Positions 1-13,990 of a stretch of 64,000 nt of DNA are shown in pieces. Within the stretch, counting starts at the first letter, position 1, and every line of letters begins with the position of its first letter. The notes under the pieces were generated by a model. The model saw only the letters and a list, made by a program, of their open reading frames with translations, made no database searches and was not told the DNA's origin. The position numbers and the translations under genes are program-made. This DNA comes from Paramecium tetraurelia (taxonomy: Eukaryota), in contig CT868241.1 in assembly GCA_000165425.1 (NCBI GenBank), positions 62,001 through 126,000 on the forward strand, given 5' to 3'.

Positions 1-864
1 TGAAGCATAGAGCATTTCCAACTTCAATTTCTAATCAATTTATAAAGAAACCAACTTTCATTTCTGAATGTTGTAAATTATAAATTTTTTAAGTATTAAT
101 ATCAAATTGATATTTTATCAATATTTATGCTCAAAACCCAATATCTTCAATTAATTAAAAGGGAATCATGGCAATATATGTTTTCTAAGATCATTTCACC
201 ATACAATAAAAGCATATATATTTTCCTACACTAATATTTATGTATATCACTCAAGTAATTTAAGAATAATCTGGAAATAATTATGAAATCTTCTTAAATA
301 ATTGATAATTTAGATCTTAATAAATGTGTAGAATTTCAAATAGTGAGTAAAACAGTATTTCATTATTTCTAATATTTTTGGATATCATTTAATACTACAA
401 TAATAGTTTATAATTAATAAATAGTTTTAAGTTATTGAAGATTTTGGTGAAGAAATTTTAAAGTATCCCTAATATAAATATTGTCACCTTGAAGGCTTTC
501 GATTATTAAAGCAATTTAAAATTAGCTGGGATTGCTTGAAAATATTTTAGCTGGATTTTATCTTTCTTCATTAAAGCCTGATATTTAAATTATCATGCAT
601 AGATGATTAAAGAATCTAGAATAATTAGTTCAAGGGCAAATATTACAGTTGTATAAATGAGTTTGTCATAACATAATTAAAGCGATCTTTATGAATATCC
701 TTGAATTTATAATCTATGGTATTTCATGCTCAGGATTGAATGAAAGGATATTCGAAGATAAAATAATTATCTTTTATTTTGTGTTGTTAGGAGTGTAATC
801 TTTTAGTCTTATATTCAAGATAGTTTTCTCAATTTCATAAATAAAATACTAACAGTTATAAACA

Positions 865-1597
865 ATGGAATACGATTCTGTCTCAAAAATATAAGAAGAA
901 CTTGGATATTATAAGAAGTATTGCTAATAGTTAGAGAATTAAAATGCTGCTTTAAATCAATAGCTGTTTAATAACATTCAAGGGAAGGTTTTGACTGCGC
1001 ATGATGGCAATCAAAGTAATAAAAAATAGAATGAGAATAACTCTAACTCTCATAAAGAATGTGAATAAAGGTCAAAATTGATGGAGAAATAATTAAAGCA
1101 AAAGTTAATGGAAGAGTAATTATGGCTTAAAAGATATGAAACTTAATTAAATCAAATCGTTGAGTTAAAGGTACGAAATATTATTATTAAAGGCAACTCA
1201 TGCACAATACATTTAAGAGAGTGAGCTAGAGGATAATTAAAAAACAAAAGAAATTGAAATCATGAAAGAGGAAATAGAACACTATAAAAAGCAAATAGAA
1301 ATTTATAAATAAGAAACTAATTCATAAATCTATTTAGAAGAAATAAAAGAAATGAGGAGACAACTAGAAGCATCAGAAATTAAATTGGAATAAATGACGA
1401 AGGAATTGCAAATTAAGGATCAATAATTATGTAACATATTCACCTTTATATTTTAAGATTAAAAATAAGGAAATATTAAATAATCATTATTGTAATTCAA
1501 ATAAAAATTTGATATTGAATTAAAAAATGAAAATCTAAGCACTGAACCAGATATATCAAGCAATAGTTTTTCCAATATTATGCTCAGAGATATATGA
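865..1597 (+). CDS. Hypothetical coiled-coil protein
   Basis: Ciliate-code ORF MEYDSVSKIQEELGYYKKYCQQLENQN..., Q/E/K-rich heptads; short GT..AG introns near 1171 and 1431; TGA 1595-1597. Confidence 0.7.
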
Positions 1598-1638
1598 TTT
1601 ACTACTTATAAATATATATATATATATGTGTATTTAAA

Positions 1639-2633
1639 TCAAAAGCAGTCATAGTGTGAATCTCCTAATGCTTCATATAACATTTCTGTGAAGTCATTAT
1701 TAGGTGAGTTGAAATCTATTTAAAGTAGAGATTATTTTTTTATGGTAGAATTTCTAAAACTAGGAGATTGAGAATTATCAATCTCTATAGTTTAAGAGAG
1801 AGCAGAAGTACAATCTCTATTTCTATTATCAGTTTAACTGAGATTTAAGTTGGATTGACTGTTGTCTCTCTTGTGATAATCTCTAATTTTTTCTAATAGT
1901 CCTAAATTAACAGAAACCTGCAGGATATCTTTATTTTAACAGTTTTACACTTTCTTAAGTCGATCTAATATAATAATTCATATGTACTATTAATTTATGG
2001 TTTAAAGGAGGGAGTGGCATCATTTCTGAGTTTTTAAATTTTTTGTTATCTTCTATTCTCATTTGTACTCATTCTTTAAAAGAAGTCGTTTTACTTGATA
2101 ATTTTCTAGGAAGACTTATTTTAAGTTGGTTTAAACTAAGTCTCTTGATTCATTTTAATAGTGTTAGACTCTTTCAATTTATCTATATGATCAGTCTTAT
2201 CTACTTAGATAATCTTAAATACTTTTGATTGCATCTATTTAATGCCTTGTTTGTGGTTATCAGGTTTGATTTAGGAATTTAAATTTTAAGGTCTTAATAT
2301 TTTGGGATGAAATGTATTTTCTTAATTTTACTCTTCCGTTTGTAATGAGATTAGCCTCTCTTTAGATTGTTGCGGTCTTTGATTTTTCAATTTTAATTGA
2401 GATTGCTGCCTCTGATAATGGTTAACATGTTCAGATTAACTATGAGTTCGCAGTAGTTAAGGAGATGGTGAATATTATCTTTGCTTTTCCTATTTAGGAT
2501 ATTCTCCACCTTGGAATCTGATGAGTTACTCTTGGAGCCGAGTTTTTGGATGATTATCAGACAGAATAGATTTAAGCTATTTATCTAGGAGTTAAAGGAG
2601 TATTTTTCTAGTGTTTTTGTTTCTTAAATCCAT
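1639..2633 (-). CDS. Hypothetical protein
   Basis: MDLRNKNTRKILLQLLDKQLKSILSDNHPK... ending EMLYEALGDSHYDCF*; no recognisable domain. Confidence 0.6.
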
Positions 2634-2810
2634 AATGACTTTATAATTTTATTAATAATTTTTATTCTTTATTTATTATGGATAATAAACTTCATTTAGG
2701 TTGAATCTTAGTGTAACACATTTGAATGTATATTTCCTATTAAAATTATGATGTTGATAGATTGAAATATTTAAAGTTTCGATATAATAGTTAAATGTAA
2801 TATACAAAGA

Positions 2811-2978
2811 TCAAGCAGTTTCTGAAGAGGGGATTTACGGATTTGGTTCATCGGAGAAAAGAACTCTACAAACTGATCTTATCGACTATTCATTAATTCT
2901 GGTTGCATAGTATTATTTCTTAGGAGCATTGGGGCATTTTGGTTATTTAGACTTAGGCGTTAACAAACAATTATTCAT
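2811..2978 (-). CDS. 55-aa microprotein, SIAMESE/SMR-like CDK-inhibitor candidate
   Basis: Intronless MNNCLLTPKSKQPKCPNAPKKQYYATRINEQSIRSVCRVLFSDEPNPQIPSSETA*; TP, CPxAPKK and RxLF motifs; AT-rich flanks. Confidence 0.6.
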
Positions 2979-3059
2979 TTATTTAATTAATAGAAAGAAT
3001 TATAGAAATACAAAATTATAAATTAGAGGCGCATGTATTTACCACCTACTCACTCAATA

Positions 3060-6000
3060 TCATAATTTACGCAAACTCTTTATTTTGTCCTAATATCTTA
3101 GATCATAAAGATTGTTTATTTATTTAAAGAAAGTGGAGTTATAGTTTTGAATGACACTCCCCATATCCTGCAGGAATTGGATTAGCATTGTAATATTTTA
3201 ATATTTGATTCTTTATTCCTATGCTGTGGTTCTAGCGATGACGAATAATAGAGTTTGATTGACATTCTTTTACTCATCTAGATTGCTAGTTTCTATTTTT
3301 GGAGATTGATTTAGTTTAAGAAAACCATTGAATTGATTTTATGAATCCAAAAATACATACTATTGATTATTAGGGGATTGGTCATCTGAAGTAAAATTGG
3401 CTATTTAATATAAATGTGAAGAAATACATTTTTTTATTTTAAATGATTGAATATCATTAGGAATGTTTTTTTCATTCTTAATTTGATAGAGTATACAGGA
3501 ACTATTGATATCAACAGAGGGAAGACTTATTTCAAAGTTCTTAGCTATCGACTTCACACTGCTGCTAAATTATTCAACCGATCGTAGACATTCTTGATTA
3601 CCAGATTCTAAGAGAGTCGACAAATTTTCACATATCCTTATATTACCTTCCGAGAACAGTTCATCTGTGTAATCCCACGGACCATTACCAACTTTGAAAA
3701 AATAGATTTATCCTTCCTCTATGCTAATAGTATACCATTTATTATTGATTTGATGAATAAGTTTAAAAAAAGAATAATCAGAGAGTAATTGATAGGTGAA
3801 GTAATTTTCTATTAAATTAAGTATTTAAAAGTAGTACTTCAGATTTGGGTTTGGGAATTTGAGTATTCCCATTAGAGAGAATATAATTTTACTTTCAACT
3901 TTAAATTTACTTTAAAATTTGAGTTCTTAAATCCTCTCAAACTTTTAACCAAAGGATGTCTTAAAGAATTTATCCTCTTATTATTTGATATAGACTTCAG
4001 ATGCATCCCTTAGTACTGCATTTTGAATTAATAGATGGTGATTGGAAATATTAAAATTCTTCTTTTGGAACATCTCATCCTTTTTGATTTCACTTCTCAG
4101 ATGAATCATATAATCAATTGCCACTTTATTTATATCCAATCCTTCTACTTACTTTTTCTATAGCCACACTTCGGCTGAGATAAAATTCGTTAAGAAATGT
4201 TCACAAACATCAGTTTTTTAAATATTAAATTTGGTAGATTAGAATGGCACAACTCTTTTGCCTGAACCACCATAATATAAGAAGTAGTTTCTTGAACCAG
4301 GTTAAGATATGGTTAATTCAGGTCTCTCCTCATTTACCACGTCGTCATCATAGCCTGGTTGAATATTGTTTAACTTCGTATGTGTTTTACTAATTTTATC
4401 GTTTCTGAATTTACGATGAAACCTGAGTTCATCTGGATTATCGTCATTTAAGATGAGCTTCTTTTTCTTGTCATGCTTTGCTGCATGATTATTATTGTTT
4501 TCTTATTCCTAGTTTAAATCATTTTCGAGTTGGGACAGTTTATCTTCTTCTTATTTCAATGATTAAGATACAACTGTAAAGACTTCCCAAACTAGCCCTC
4601 CAATTAAGGCTAACAGAAAGATTGAGAAGAATTCAAAAGAACCAACAAATAACATGGCTGATAGCATATCATCAGTATCATACGTTAATTCAAAAACAAT
4701 CTAGTTCCATTCAGCTGCTATGAACATTTAGAGCATCATCAAATATGATCCTGCAAAAGTCGAAAAGTCAGCATATTTACAATTCCCCCATTAATACTCA
4801 AAGCTATTTATATCACATTAAGAATTGGCATATGGATTATCTTCATTGCTTTGTATTCTACCATATAAATACATACCCACACAAGAATAAATAAAGAATA
4901 TCATTTGTACTGGCAACATTAATCTTAAAATCAAAGGGACACAAATAAGGATTTTGTATAATAGAGTTCTCACCACATCTAAGAATTGCAAGCCTTCAAA
5001 TAACATATTTAGTATTTTGAGAGATCTGAATGCTCTAAACAATCTGAATACTTTCTATATTTTAGCCAATCTCAACAATCTATTAGCTTTGATTGACTAA
5101 GAGATATTCCCAGAGACTATATTAAATAAAATGTAGTCAAATATGATCTGTAGGATTACCAAAGTTATATCGAAGATATTCCTATTGAATAAGAAATGTG
5201 TTATACCATCCCTCTTAGAAATAGGCTTTTATTCCTATAGCCAAAATTTTGATTGAACATTCCAAAGAATAGAAGACCAAGAATATGGTGTCTAACAAAT
5301 TGAAAATGTCAAGGATAGCTTAATCTTCAATAAAAAAGGCAACTACTATTAACACACAGTTAGTTATTGTTATTATCAACATAGATATTCCGAACATCTA
5401 AAATTGGAATAGTATTGAAATAGTACATGTCCTTCTACAAATGTTAACAAACCTTTAGATAGTAAATAATTTCTGAGGGATTCCCAACAATGTAATGGTT
5501 TAGTTTCTGGCAGAGAGATCACTGAGGCATCCTAGAGTAGATGGAGAAACTTGTGAAATTCATCGAATTGAACCTTATCACTATATTGTAATAATTACAT
5601 TACTTAAAATCCTAATCAATTTAATTGAATAGCTAATTAATTTGTGATTCTGTAATGGTGTTCTTATAGAAATGAAGGATGAAAGTTCTAAATTGATCTC
5701 TTGTCAAAAAGCCTTAATCTTGAAAGTCCAACGATATGAAACTAGCCATCATGGCAGTCTTTTGTTTGATGATGTCGCTGATGGCTATCTCCATCCTATG
5801 CTTTCTGAATCCTTCATATACAACTGCCAATGGGATTGGTGCAAATAGGAAAATAAAAAGCAAGAGATATGTAATAAAGAAAAAACAATAGTAAATTCCT
5901 TAAAGCATAGGTGGAATTAGGATATCTGGATAGAAATCAAGGGTTGCTACCATGAATAACATGGAAAACAATTTAAAGAAGTCTCCATAATCCTATGTCC

Positions 6001-6730
6001 TGAGATCTACATTATCCATGCTTCCAATTAAATTGATTCCAATAAATGAAAATATTGAAATTATAATTAGATACAGAATGATCAGCAAAAATAAATCTTT
6101 GCCTGCTCTAATGATTCCTTTTAAATTTCGTCTTAAATCTTTCGAATACATGGGCATTAACAATGTTCTGCATATTTTGCTGACTCTAAATATAGTTGGT
6201 GCATATTAATGTATTATGAAATCAACCAAACAAAAGTAATATGCAATCAATTTAAACTATTTTTTTGGATTGAAGGTAAATCTGTCTTCCTTCTTTGTTA
6301 ATAGTAATACAATTGTAATACATGAATCTATTCCCATAAAAAGCAGGATTACAAGTTCTAAAACGAATAAATTTGAATGCTCCTCATTATCTTAATCAAA
6401 AAATGAAGGTTCAAAAAATGTTTATAGTTGATATATGATTGACAACAGAAACAAACCATTTAACCAGTGTTAATTGTTCTCAATTTACCACAACAGTTTC
6501 AAGTATGTCTTATTTGCTAAATCAATGTCGTTGCGTATAGCTCGTAAGTGATATGCATCATAAATGTGTCTTTCAGCTTTCTCTATTCTACTTTGAGGCG
6601 ATAGTTTCTTCACTATTTTTTATATATCTTAAGCCAACACATCGTTTTTCTCTAATAGCTTTTGCGAAAACTCAGACATCGCCATCGATTATCGATATAT
6701 CGTGGATTATCTCTTATGGGTCTTTTTCAT
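3060..6730 (-). CDS. Two-pore channel (TPC family, 2x6TM) with EF-hand linker and long C-terminal tail
   Basis: TPC-like N-terminal AERHIYDAYHLRAI and FFEPS; pore 1 MVATLDFYPDILIPPM; S6-I PLAVVYEGFRKHR; EF loop DQDFNDKVQFDE; S4-II RLLRLAKIQKVFRLFRAFRSLK; pore 2 MFIAAEWNQ. Confidence 0.85.
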
Positions 6731-6845
6731 TTAATTATAAATATTATTCAATTAATCAATACTTGCAACTCATTATTCTACCTTCACATCCAATTTGAAT
6801 CTTAAAGATCAGTTTTTTTCAATTATACTATATATAATTAAATTA

Positions 6846-7613
6846 ATGAACCCGTATCACCATTACATCCTGACAGGAATAATAGAAGATTAAGATGATT
6901 TATCCTCTGTTAAATAGGAAGAATGTTCATAATTCCAATATTATGAGGAACAACCATAATACATTACATATGAGAATTCTAATCTTTGCTAAATTATCTC
7001 ATCAATACTAAACATTAATGAAGAATATGTCGATTGGATTGCTCGCAATAAACCTACTGAATTTGAATCCATGATGGTTAAAGCAAAACGCAAATTCTAT
7101 AGAGACAAAGCTAAATTCCGCATGCAAATCTTATAGCCTCATCTCTACTCATCTCAACAACCCCAAGAACCTAAAAAAGCTAAAAGAGGCAGAAAACCTA
7201 TCAAATGCGCTGAGAAACAGTTTGTTGAAGACAATAGCGATCAGTATCACCTATACTTATTGTAGTGATAAAAAAACGATTCAGATGATAAGAAATAGGA
7301 TTTCTGCCCAGAATTCTAGGGATAGAAAAAAAGCCTACCTAAAAGAACTTGAATAGAGCAGCGCAATAACGAACAGAGGAAACCACTTAATTCTCAAACA
7401 GATTGAAGAACTACAAGCCTCGAATGAGGAAATCGAAATATAAAATAACAATATTCTCAAGGTAATATTGGCAATCTATTTTAGTGCATCAAAGTCTTCA
7501 AATAACAATGTTTGGAGTCGGATGAATAATTTGCCCAAGAAATACTTAAATAATTAGAGTAATTCGAGAGTGGCACTGAATCAAGTGCATCCAAAAAAGT
7601 TAAATTAAATTGA
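6846..7613 (+). CDS. bZIP transcription factor
   Basis: KRGRKP followed by basic region QMIRNRISAQNSRDRKKAYLKELE and a leucine zipper; two short introns. Confidence 0.85.
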
Positions 7614-7664
7614 GTTAATTGATTTTATATCATTATTATATATTCTGTTAAAATAAATACAAAT

Positions 7665-9504
7665 ATGTAGTTGTTTCAAACTCCCAATTCACCCAAGTCT
7701 ACATCTCGCAATTACAGAAAACCATTTTCAAATCTCAACAATTATTCTGAATTCTAATAATCATCTAATTATTTGAAAACCAAAATTTCAGCATTGGAAA
7801 TGAGAGTCAAAAACATCAATAGCAATCATGTAAGTGAAAATAGATCAACAAACACTTCCAAAACTACAGCTAATCTGTCCCCCAAAGAATTTAAAAGAAA
7901 TCTCTATTACGAATCCATCATCAGCAAACGTTAATAAAATTTTAGTAAATTGGATCATTCTCCATCAGAACAATCCACAACACATAATAAATATAGTTTA
8001 TTAACTCACCAAATTCCTGCCATCTCAAATTTAAACATTAAAGTATAAAATTTCACAAAAAAATTAAGAGAATTTTAAATACATAAAACATAAGAATCTG
8101 ACATTATCATGACTAAAATCAAATAATTTTGTGATTAACACTTCAATGAATGCTTTGATTTCTATAGGTCTACAGATTTAATGTCCTTAAAATATTTCAT
8201 TTACTTAATCATACAAGAAATAAACTCAAATGGACAAGAAACCGCTCGATCCATAGAAACTTAGAATTAACAAAATCAAATCCAACATTTAAAATCCTTG
8301 TTAGAAAACTAAAAATTAGACCAAACTACTAATCAAAGCTAATAAAAATTTAAAAAAGTGATAATTGATACACAGAATGTGATTCAATCGATAATTTTAT
8401 AGTTGTAATAGTAACATAATTAAAATATGTTAACTAATTAAGTTCAGATGCTCAAAAATTAAATTCAAACCTTAAATGATGTGAAATAATAATAATCATT
8501 TAGGTTATCATTTGGAATGAGAACCTCCAGTAATATAGATAGTGAAAACAACCCAACAATTGCAAATCAATCTACTTCAAGAGCAAATTAATCGACATAT
8601 AGAGAAAGATTTAAAACCTCAATAAATTCAAAATCCAAATCTCCCTTTAATGTAGAAACTCCTAAGAAAAATAAACTCTTAGAAGAATAATAAAGAATTA
8701 TCTAGCAATTGCTCTCTAAGATACCTGATCAACAATAATTGGATGGGCATAAGAAGACAATTGAAGAACTTGAGGAAGAATTGAATAAAAAGAACTAGTT
8801 AATAGTTGAGCTGGAAGATAGAATTTAGAATGAGGAAGCTTATTTAGTATTGAATCAACGAATTTTGGATATCAACAAAAATTTAGATAACGTTATATCA
8901 TAAAATTAGAGTCTTATTAAAGAGAATGATGCTTTGAAATATGAATTAGGACAATTGAGATTTTTAGAAGAGCAATATTATGCATTAGTAAAAGAAAATA
9001 AAATCCTACAGTAATCAATTATCAATAACGACTGTTAATACGATAAAATATTACAATAATTCGAATTGGAATGTAAGAATTATCGATAGCAAATCCTGAA
9101 ACTTCAAGAAACTTGCGAAACTTAGCAAGCCTAATTATAAGGGTAGGAGGAGCAGAGAGGACTTTAATACTAATTGTCATAATTCGATAAATTGAAAGTA
9201 TGCATTCAAGATATTTATTTAGAAATTCATTAGAGAAGAGGCTTAAGGTGTAGGATAGGTGATTACATAAATTAATCAATAATTATAAAAATAATTGTCA
9301 GATATTATGCCTAATTCAATAAAATAGTTATAAAAGGATCTTGCCAAGAAGAAATGTGTGATTGAGGAAAAGATATTGAGTTTTGAGTAACTATAGGATG
9401 AGGATTGTGAATTGGGAAAGGTTCTGAACAAATAAGAAAATGATGAACTGAAGTTGATTTTATTGATGCAATCTCTGACAATAGAGAAGATGATTGATTT
9501 GTGA
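7665..9504 (+). CDS. Hypothetical coiled-coil protein
   Basis: MQLFQTPNSPKSTSRNYRKPF..., long Q/E/K/L-rich stretches; ends IEKMIDL*; internal introns not fully resolved. Confidence 0.6.
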
Positions 9505-9575
9505 ATAAATAAGTGTATGCAAAATAATTAAATGATTGTTTTTTGATAAATAAGATTTAATATTTAAAATATATA

Positions 9576-11792
9576 ATGAAACAGAACTCTGAAATTCATT
9601 TGTGCAAATTACATTAGTTTGTCTAAGATAAATGGAATTGGGTGAATACAGGATATATTCATTTTAATTCAAAAGTTCTTAATTTGATTTAATAAATTAG
9701 AATGAAATGTTACTATTAGAGAAGGACACGAGTATGGAAGTATTCGCTGTTTCAGTGAAATAAGAATACGATTTCTTTTTTGATGGAGGTAAGAGATTTA
9801 CCAAATTGTAGAAGAAGGGATTTAATTTCAATTTAATGAGTACTACGGACTTAGTTTCCAGAGTAAAGAGGGAGCATAAGTGGTCTGGAGTAAAATCCAA
9901 AACATTTTAAATGAAGAAGATGATGATGAATCTATAGTTTTGACTCCTGTGAATGAGAGCACTCTGCCCCTCATTCTGGAAACAATGAGTAAACTAATCT
10001 AGGGTGGTACATAAACTAAATAAATGCTGTCGAGTTATTTACTTAATAAGAAGGTAAGAAATTCAATTGACAATAGGATTACTTCGAAATGCTGAATAAC
10101 TTATTCAATCAATTAGAAAAAGACCACAACCAAGAATTATTAGAAATAATGTGTTCAATTGTTAAGAATGTAAATAATGATTATATTGTAGATTGTGACT
10201 GTTTCTGAACATGAACTATTTCAAACCATACTGAGCGATTAAATTTACATGTTTATCTTTGGTGCATTAGAATGTATTAATTCTTATTGATTTGTTAGAT
10301 GATAAAGAAATGGCAAAGTCTTAGTTCGTTCCTCATCGATAATTTCTGGAGAAGAATGTGCAATTCTTACAAGTAGTCCAAATCAAGAGTAAAGAGCGAT
10401 TGAAAACCATTCACTTCATATATCGACTGTAGTACTTGCGCGATTGTGGTTTGGCCTACTACATCGACGAGTACCAGTAGATGTTTATTAAGATAGTTTT
10501 AACGTAATAAAAATCATGATAGATTATTAAGAGTTGTTATGTGGACCTCCTTAAATACATCGAGAATTCTAAGGAATTTCTAGTTGATCTAATTGACCAA
10601 TTGCGAAATTTTAACTTCTTAGCCCTGAGATTCCTAAATGAAATATGTTCAGTATTTAAGGAATACTAAGATGTAAGTCTATATCCACTATCTTAAGTTG
10701 AATAAGGCATTCATTTACTAAAGATTAAGTGAGCATGGATTATATGAGATTATCGAAGATTACATAGTTGATTCCCTCTAAAGTTTCCAAAAGCAAAAAG
10801 CTAAATTCAAGAAATTGAAGATCAAAATTTAAGTATTCACTAATTATTAAAATAGGATGATATTTTCGAAAAAACATCTACTCTGATATTAGAATTGGTT
10901 ATTTCATGTTTACAACACTACCCTTACAACTTTAGACAGTACATTGTAAGTGAACATCAATAAGTACTCAAGTATCCCCTATTTAATGTGATTGTGGATC
11001 ATGCATTTGACAATGATTCATATCTGGAAATATTGAAGTTACTCATTGATAACACTTAAGATGAACAAAATGAAATCTTGGATTGCTTTTTGTCTTTATT
11101 TTACCCTAAAATATCCCAATCGATATCCCATTAATCTAGGATTGAATAGAAAACATTATTTGTTGAATTATCCTTAGGATTATCCAGAAACTTAAAAGCT
11201 TCTGTTAAGGATGTATTGATTTAAAACTAAATTGCTTTGAAAATGGGATTTATATTGCAAGAGAAGAATAAGATCTTACAAATGAAGTGCTTGCAGTTTT
11301 TTAAAATTCTGATTTTATAAAGAGATGAAGAGATAAATAAGGAAGTCATAATGGCATTTCCAAATTTGATATCTCCACTTCTTCTATATAAAGGTCTAAG
11401 AGAAAATTTGATATTTTCATAATTTTTGGAGATAGTAAAGATCATTTATGAAGGGGGCAATCAAAACATAATTAAATCTTTAGTAATAAATCTTTACTAA
11501 TCATTATTAGGAATAGGAACTTAAATTCTGGGAATAGCATTCTAATTACTTGAAAATCCATGACATTTTCAAATCCATTAAGTCCAATTGCATGAAACAA
11601 CAATTCAGTACATTATCCGTTGATTCCAAACCACAACAATAATAAGCTAATTATAATGTTATTGATGATGAGATCGATTTATTCAAATCTGTATAAGGTC
11701 ACAGTACACCTCTGCATAAATAGACGTCAAAAAAATTAGTTGAATATGATGATGATGTTGAGGTGATTTCTAAGAAGACCAAATTAGATTGA
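9576..11792 (+). CDS. PPP4R3: Protein phosphatase 4 regulatory subunit 3 (SMEK/Psy2-like)
   Basis: EVH1-like N-terminus (CKLHQFVQDKWNWVNTGYI); SMK-1 domain IFGALEYD...HRQFLEKNVQFLQVVQIK...IHFIYRLQYLRD; several tiny introns. Confidence 0.85.
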
Positions 11793-11974
11793 GATAATAT
11801 TATATACAAAAATATATAATTTTAGAATAATTATATTACTGGCAGTTTCCTATGTTATGATCTTCATTATTGGGTGTACGAGATTGTTGGCGGATTAAAT
11901 CATGAATTTTATATTATATAGTGAATTAAAGAAAATAACAATTTAATTCATTTTTGCCAAAATATTAAAAAATA

Positions 11975-12821
11975 ATGAAAATGGATTAAGTAGTTAAAAA
12001 GAAGCAAGAATAATTGCTACAATGTCTTAAAAAGATATCGAGTAAACCTCAGACAGATGATGAAGATTAGAAATAGCAGCTACGCAAATTCCAATAGGAA
12101 GTGGAATAAAAGTATAGGATGGCTCGTCATAACAACGAGTATCGATTTCCATATGAATATTATGATCAAAGCAGTGATAGTTCATTAGAAGAACTATAAA
12201 AAGTAGGCACATATGATCTACGTTAATAATATTAAAAAAAATAAACTAACAGCAAACATTTACAATTATCTAAAGAATCTATCAAAGCTAAATCCTTGAT
12301 TAAGATAATGTCTGATAAATCTATGAGAGCAAACAGATAGTCCACTCGATACAAAACAGAATAGTATGATGAAAATCAGGTGAGTTACACAGATGCACTA
12401 AAAAAGAATAAATCAATAGAAAAGCAGACAAATGAATAAATAATTTCATTCATTCGTAAATCTGTGGCCAAACGATCACAATATTCATAACATAATAATA
12501 ATAATACATCAAGATAATATATGAATTTATCTTCAAATAATCAAAGCCATATCATGTCATAAAGTTTTAATGGATAAAAAAGCAGAACATAAAACTATTA
12601 CCTCAACAAATTCACAAAAATGAAATAAGACATGTTTAAGTAATAAAACCAAACAAGCACTTCTTAAATGAACTAAGATTCTAAAATGTATCTTATCTTA
12701 AAATAATAGATCATTAAAATATTTCTTCAGCAACAAGAGCCCAGAATAATCTAGTACCATCAACCTAAAGAATAAGCTTGCAGAAATGTGTAAAAGATAA
12801 CCACTAAAAGTAATCAAATGA
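11975..12821 (+). CDS. Hypothetical low-complexity protein
   Basis: MKMDQVVKKKQEQLLQCLKKISSKPQTDDED... to ...KLAEMCKRQPLKVIK*. Confidence 0.55.
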
Positions 12822-12866
12822 AATTTTATAATACTACTTTCTCTTTTATTAATAGATATATTAATT

Positions 12867-13942
12867 TCATTCTTACTTACTCTTTTAAACTTATAATTTA
12901 TCTTGTAACTATTTATTCTACTTAATTAATTGCTCATTCTATCATATGTCAAAATATTCTTACTTTTTTCCCAAGTTTAAGTATTTTTTCTTAAGCTAAC
13001 TTAAAGATTTCATAATTCCCTGGTTTTGCCTGTAAGAATAGTTCCTTCACATAAGTTTGCTTATGCATTTTTGACATTATTTCATTTAAACTATTAACTA
13101 ACTCTTAGTATTATTGATCAATAGACAATCCAGTAACATAATTTTATATTTCTTGAACAAAGGACTAGAATTCATTTTTTTCTTTTTCTAATTGTCGTCT
13201 ATCAATTAATAAAATAGTATATACATATCCTATTATAGATTAGTGAGATCTTGAGTCAACTTCTTCATATCCTCTTAATTTTTGTCAAGCAATTATTGTG
13301 AAGACATGAATTCTTGCTATTTATTATCGATATCCTTCTTCAACTGTTCGATTTATTGGTTCAATTGATTGATTTCACATTGTAATCCAGCTTGCACTAG
13401 ATTTAATTATTAGATTTATTTCCCTAGATCTACATTTTTAGCTTTTTCTTATTAATAATACAAAGTCAATTTCTAAAATTTTTATTTAGCTATTTTTTGT
13501 TCTTCTTCAGACTTATTTTCTACTATTTCTAATTGAGTTTTTAAAGTGAACACCTAGGCATGTAATTTTTCATTTTCCTAGACTTAGAGATCTAATGATT
13601 ATTCAGTTTAATTAAGTTTAATTGTCAATTGATCTAATTGGGAATTATTAAATACTTTGCCTAAAAAACTAGGTTTCTTAAATTTAATAATTTTGATACT
13701 TTAGTATCAGTTATGCTTTTCAATTTCTTTTCATATTCATCAACCTTGATGCCTAGAATTTCAACTTGCTCTTTTTCATTCGATAACTTTTTCTCTGTAT
13801 ATTCTAATTTTTCTTCCAGTGTTTACACTAATTTGTGTTCCTATTCAAGTTTTACTTCCAAGTCCTTATTTTTTTATTATAAATCTGTCAGAGCAGTCTT
13901 TAATTTGGTTATGTATTACTGCATAGCATTTACTTAATCCAT
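12867..13942 (-). CDS. Hypothetical coiled-coil protein
   Basis: MDQVNAMQQYITKLKTALTD..., heptad-rich; head-to-head with the next gene (48 nt apart). Confidence 0.65.
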
Positions 13943-13990
13943 TTATATTTTATTAATTACATTAAAAACGCAAATTATAATATTTAACGT

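Noticed and set aside
1..850. Possible partial gene at the window start
   Set aside because: Open stretches exist in several frames and on both strands, but I could not build a consistent model or find a motif
11835..11910. GC-richer intergenic patch, possible snoRNA
   Set aside because: No convincing C/D or H/ACA boxes and no rRNA complement that I could verify
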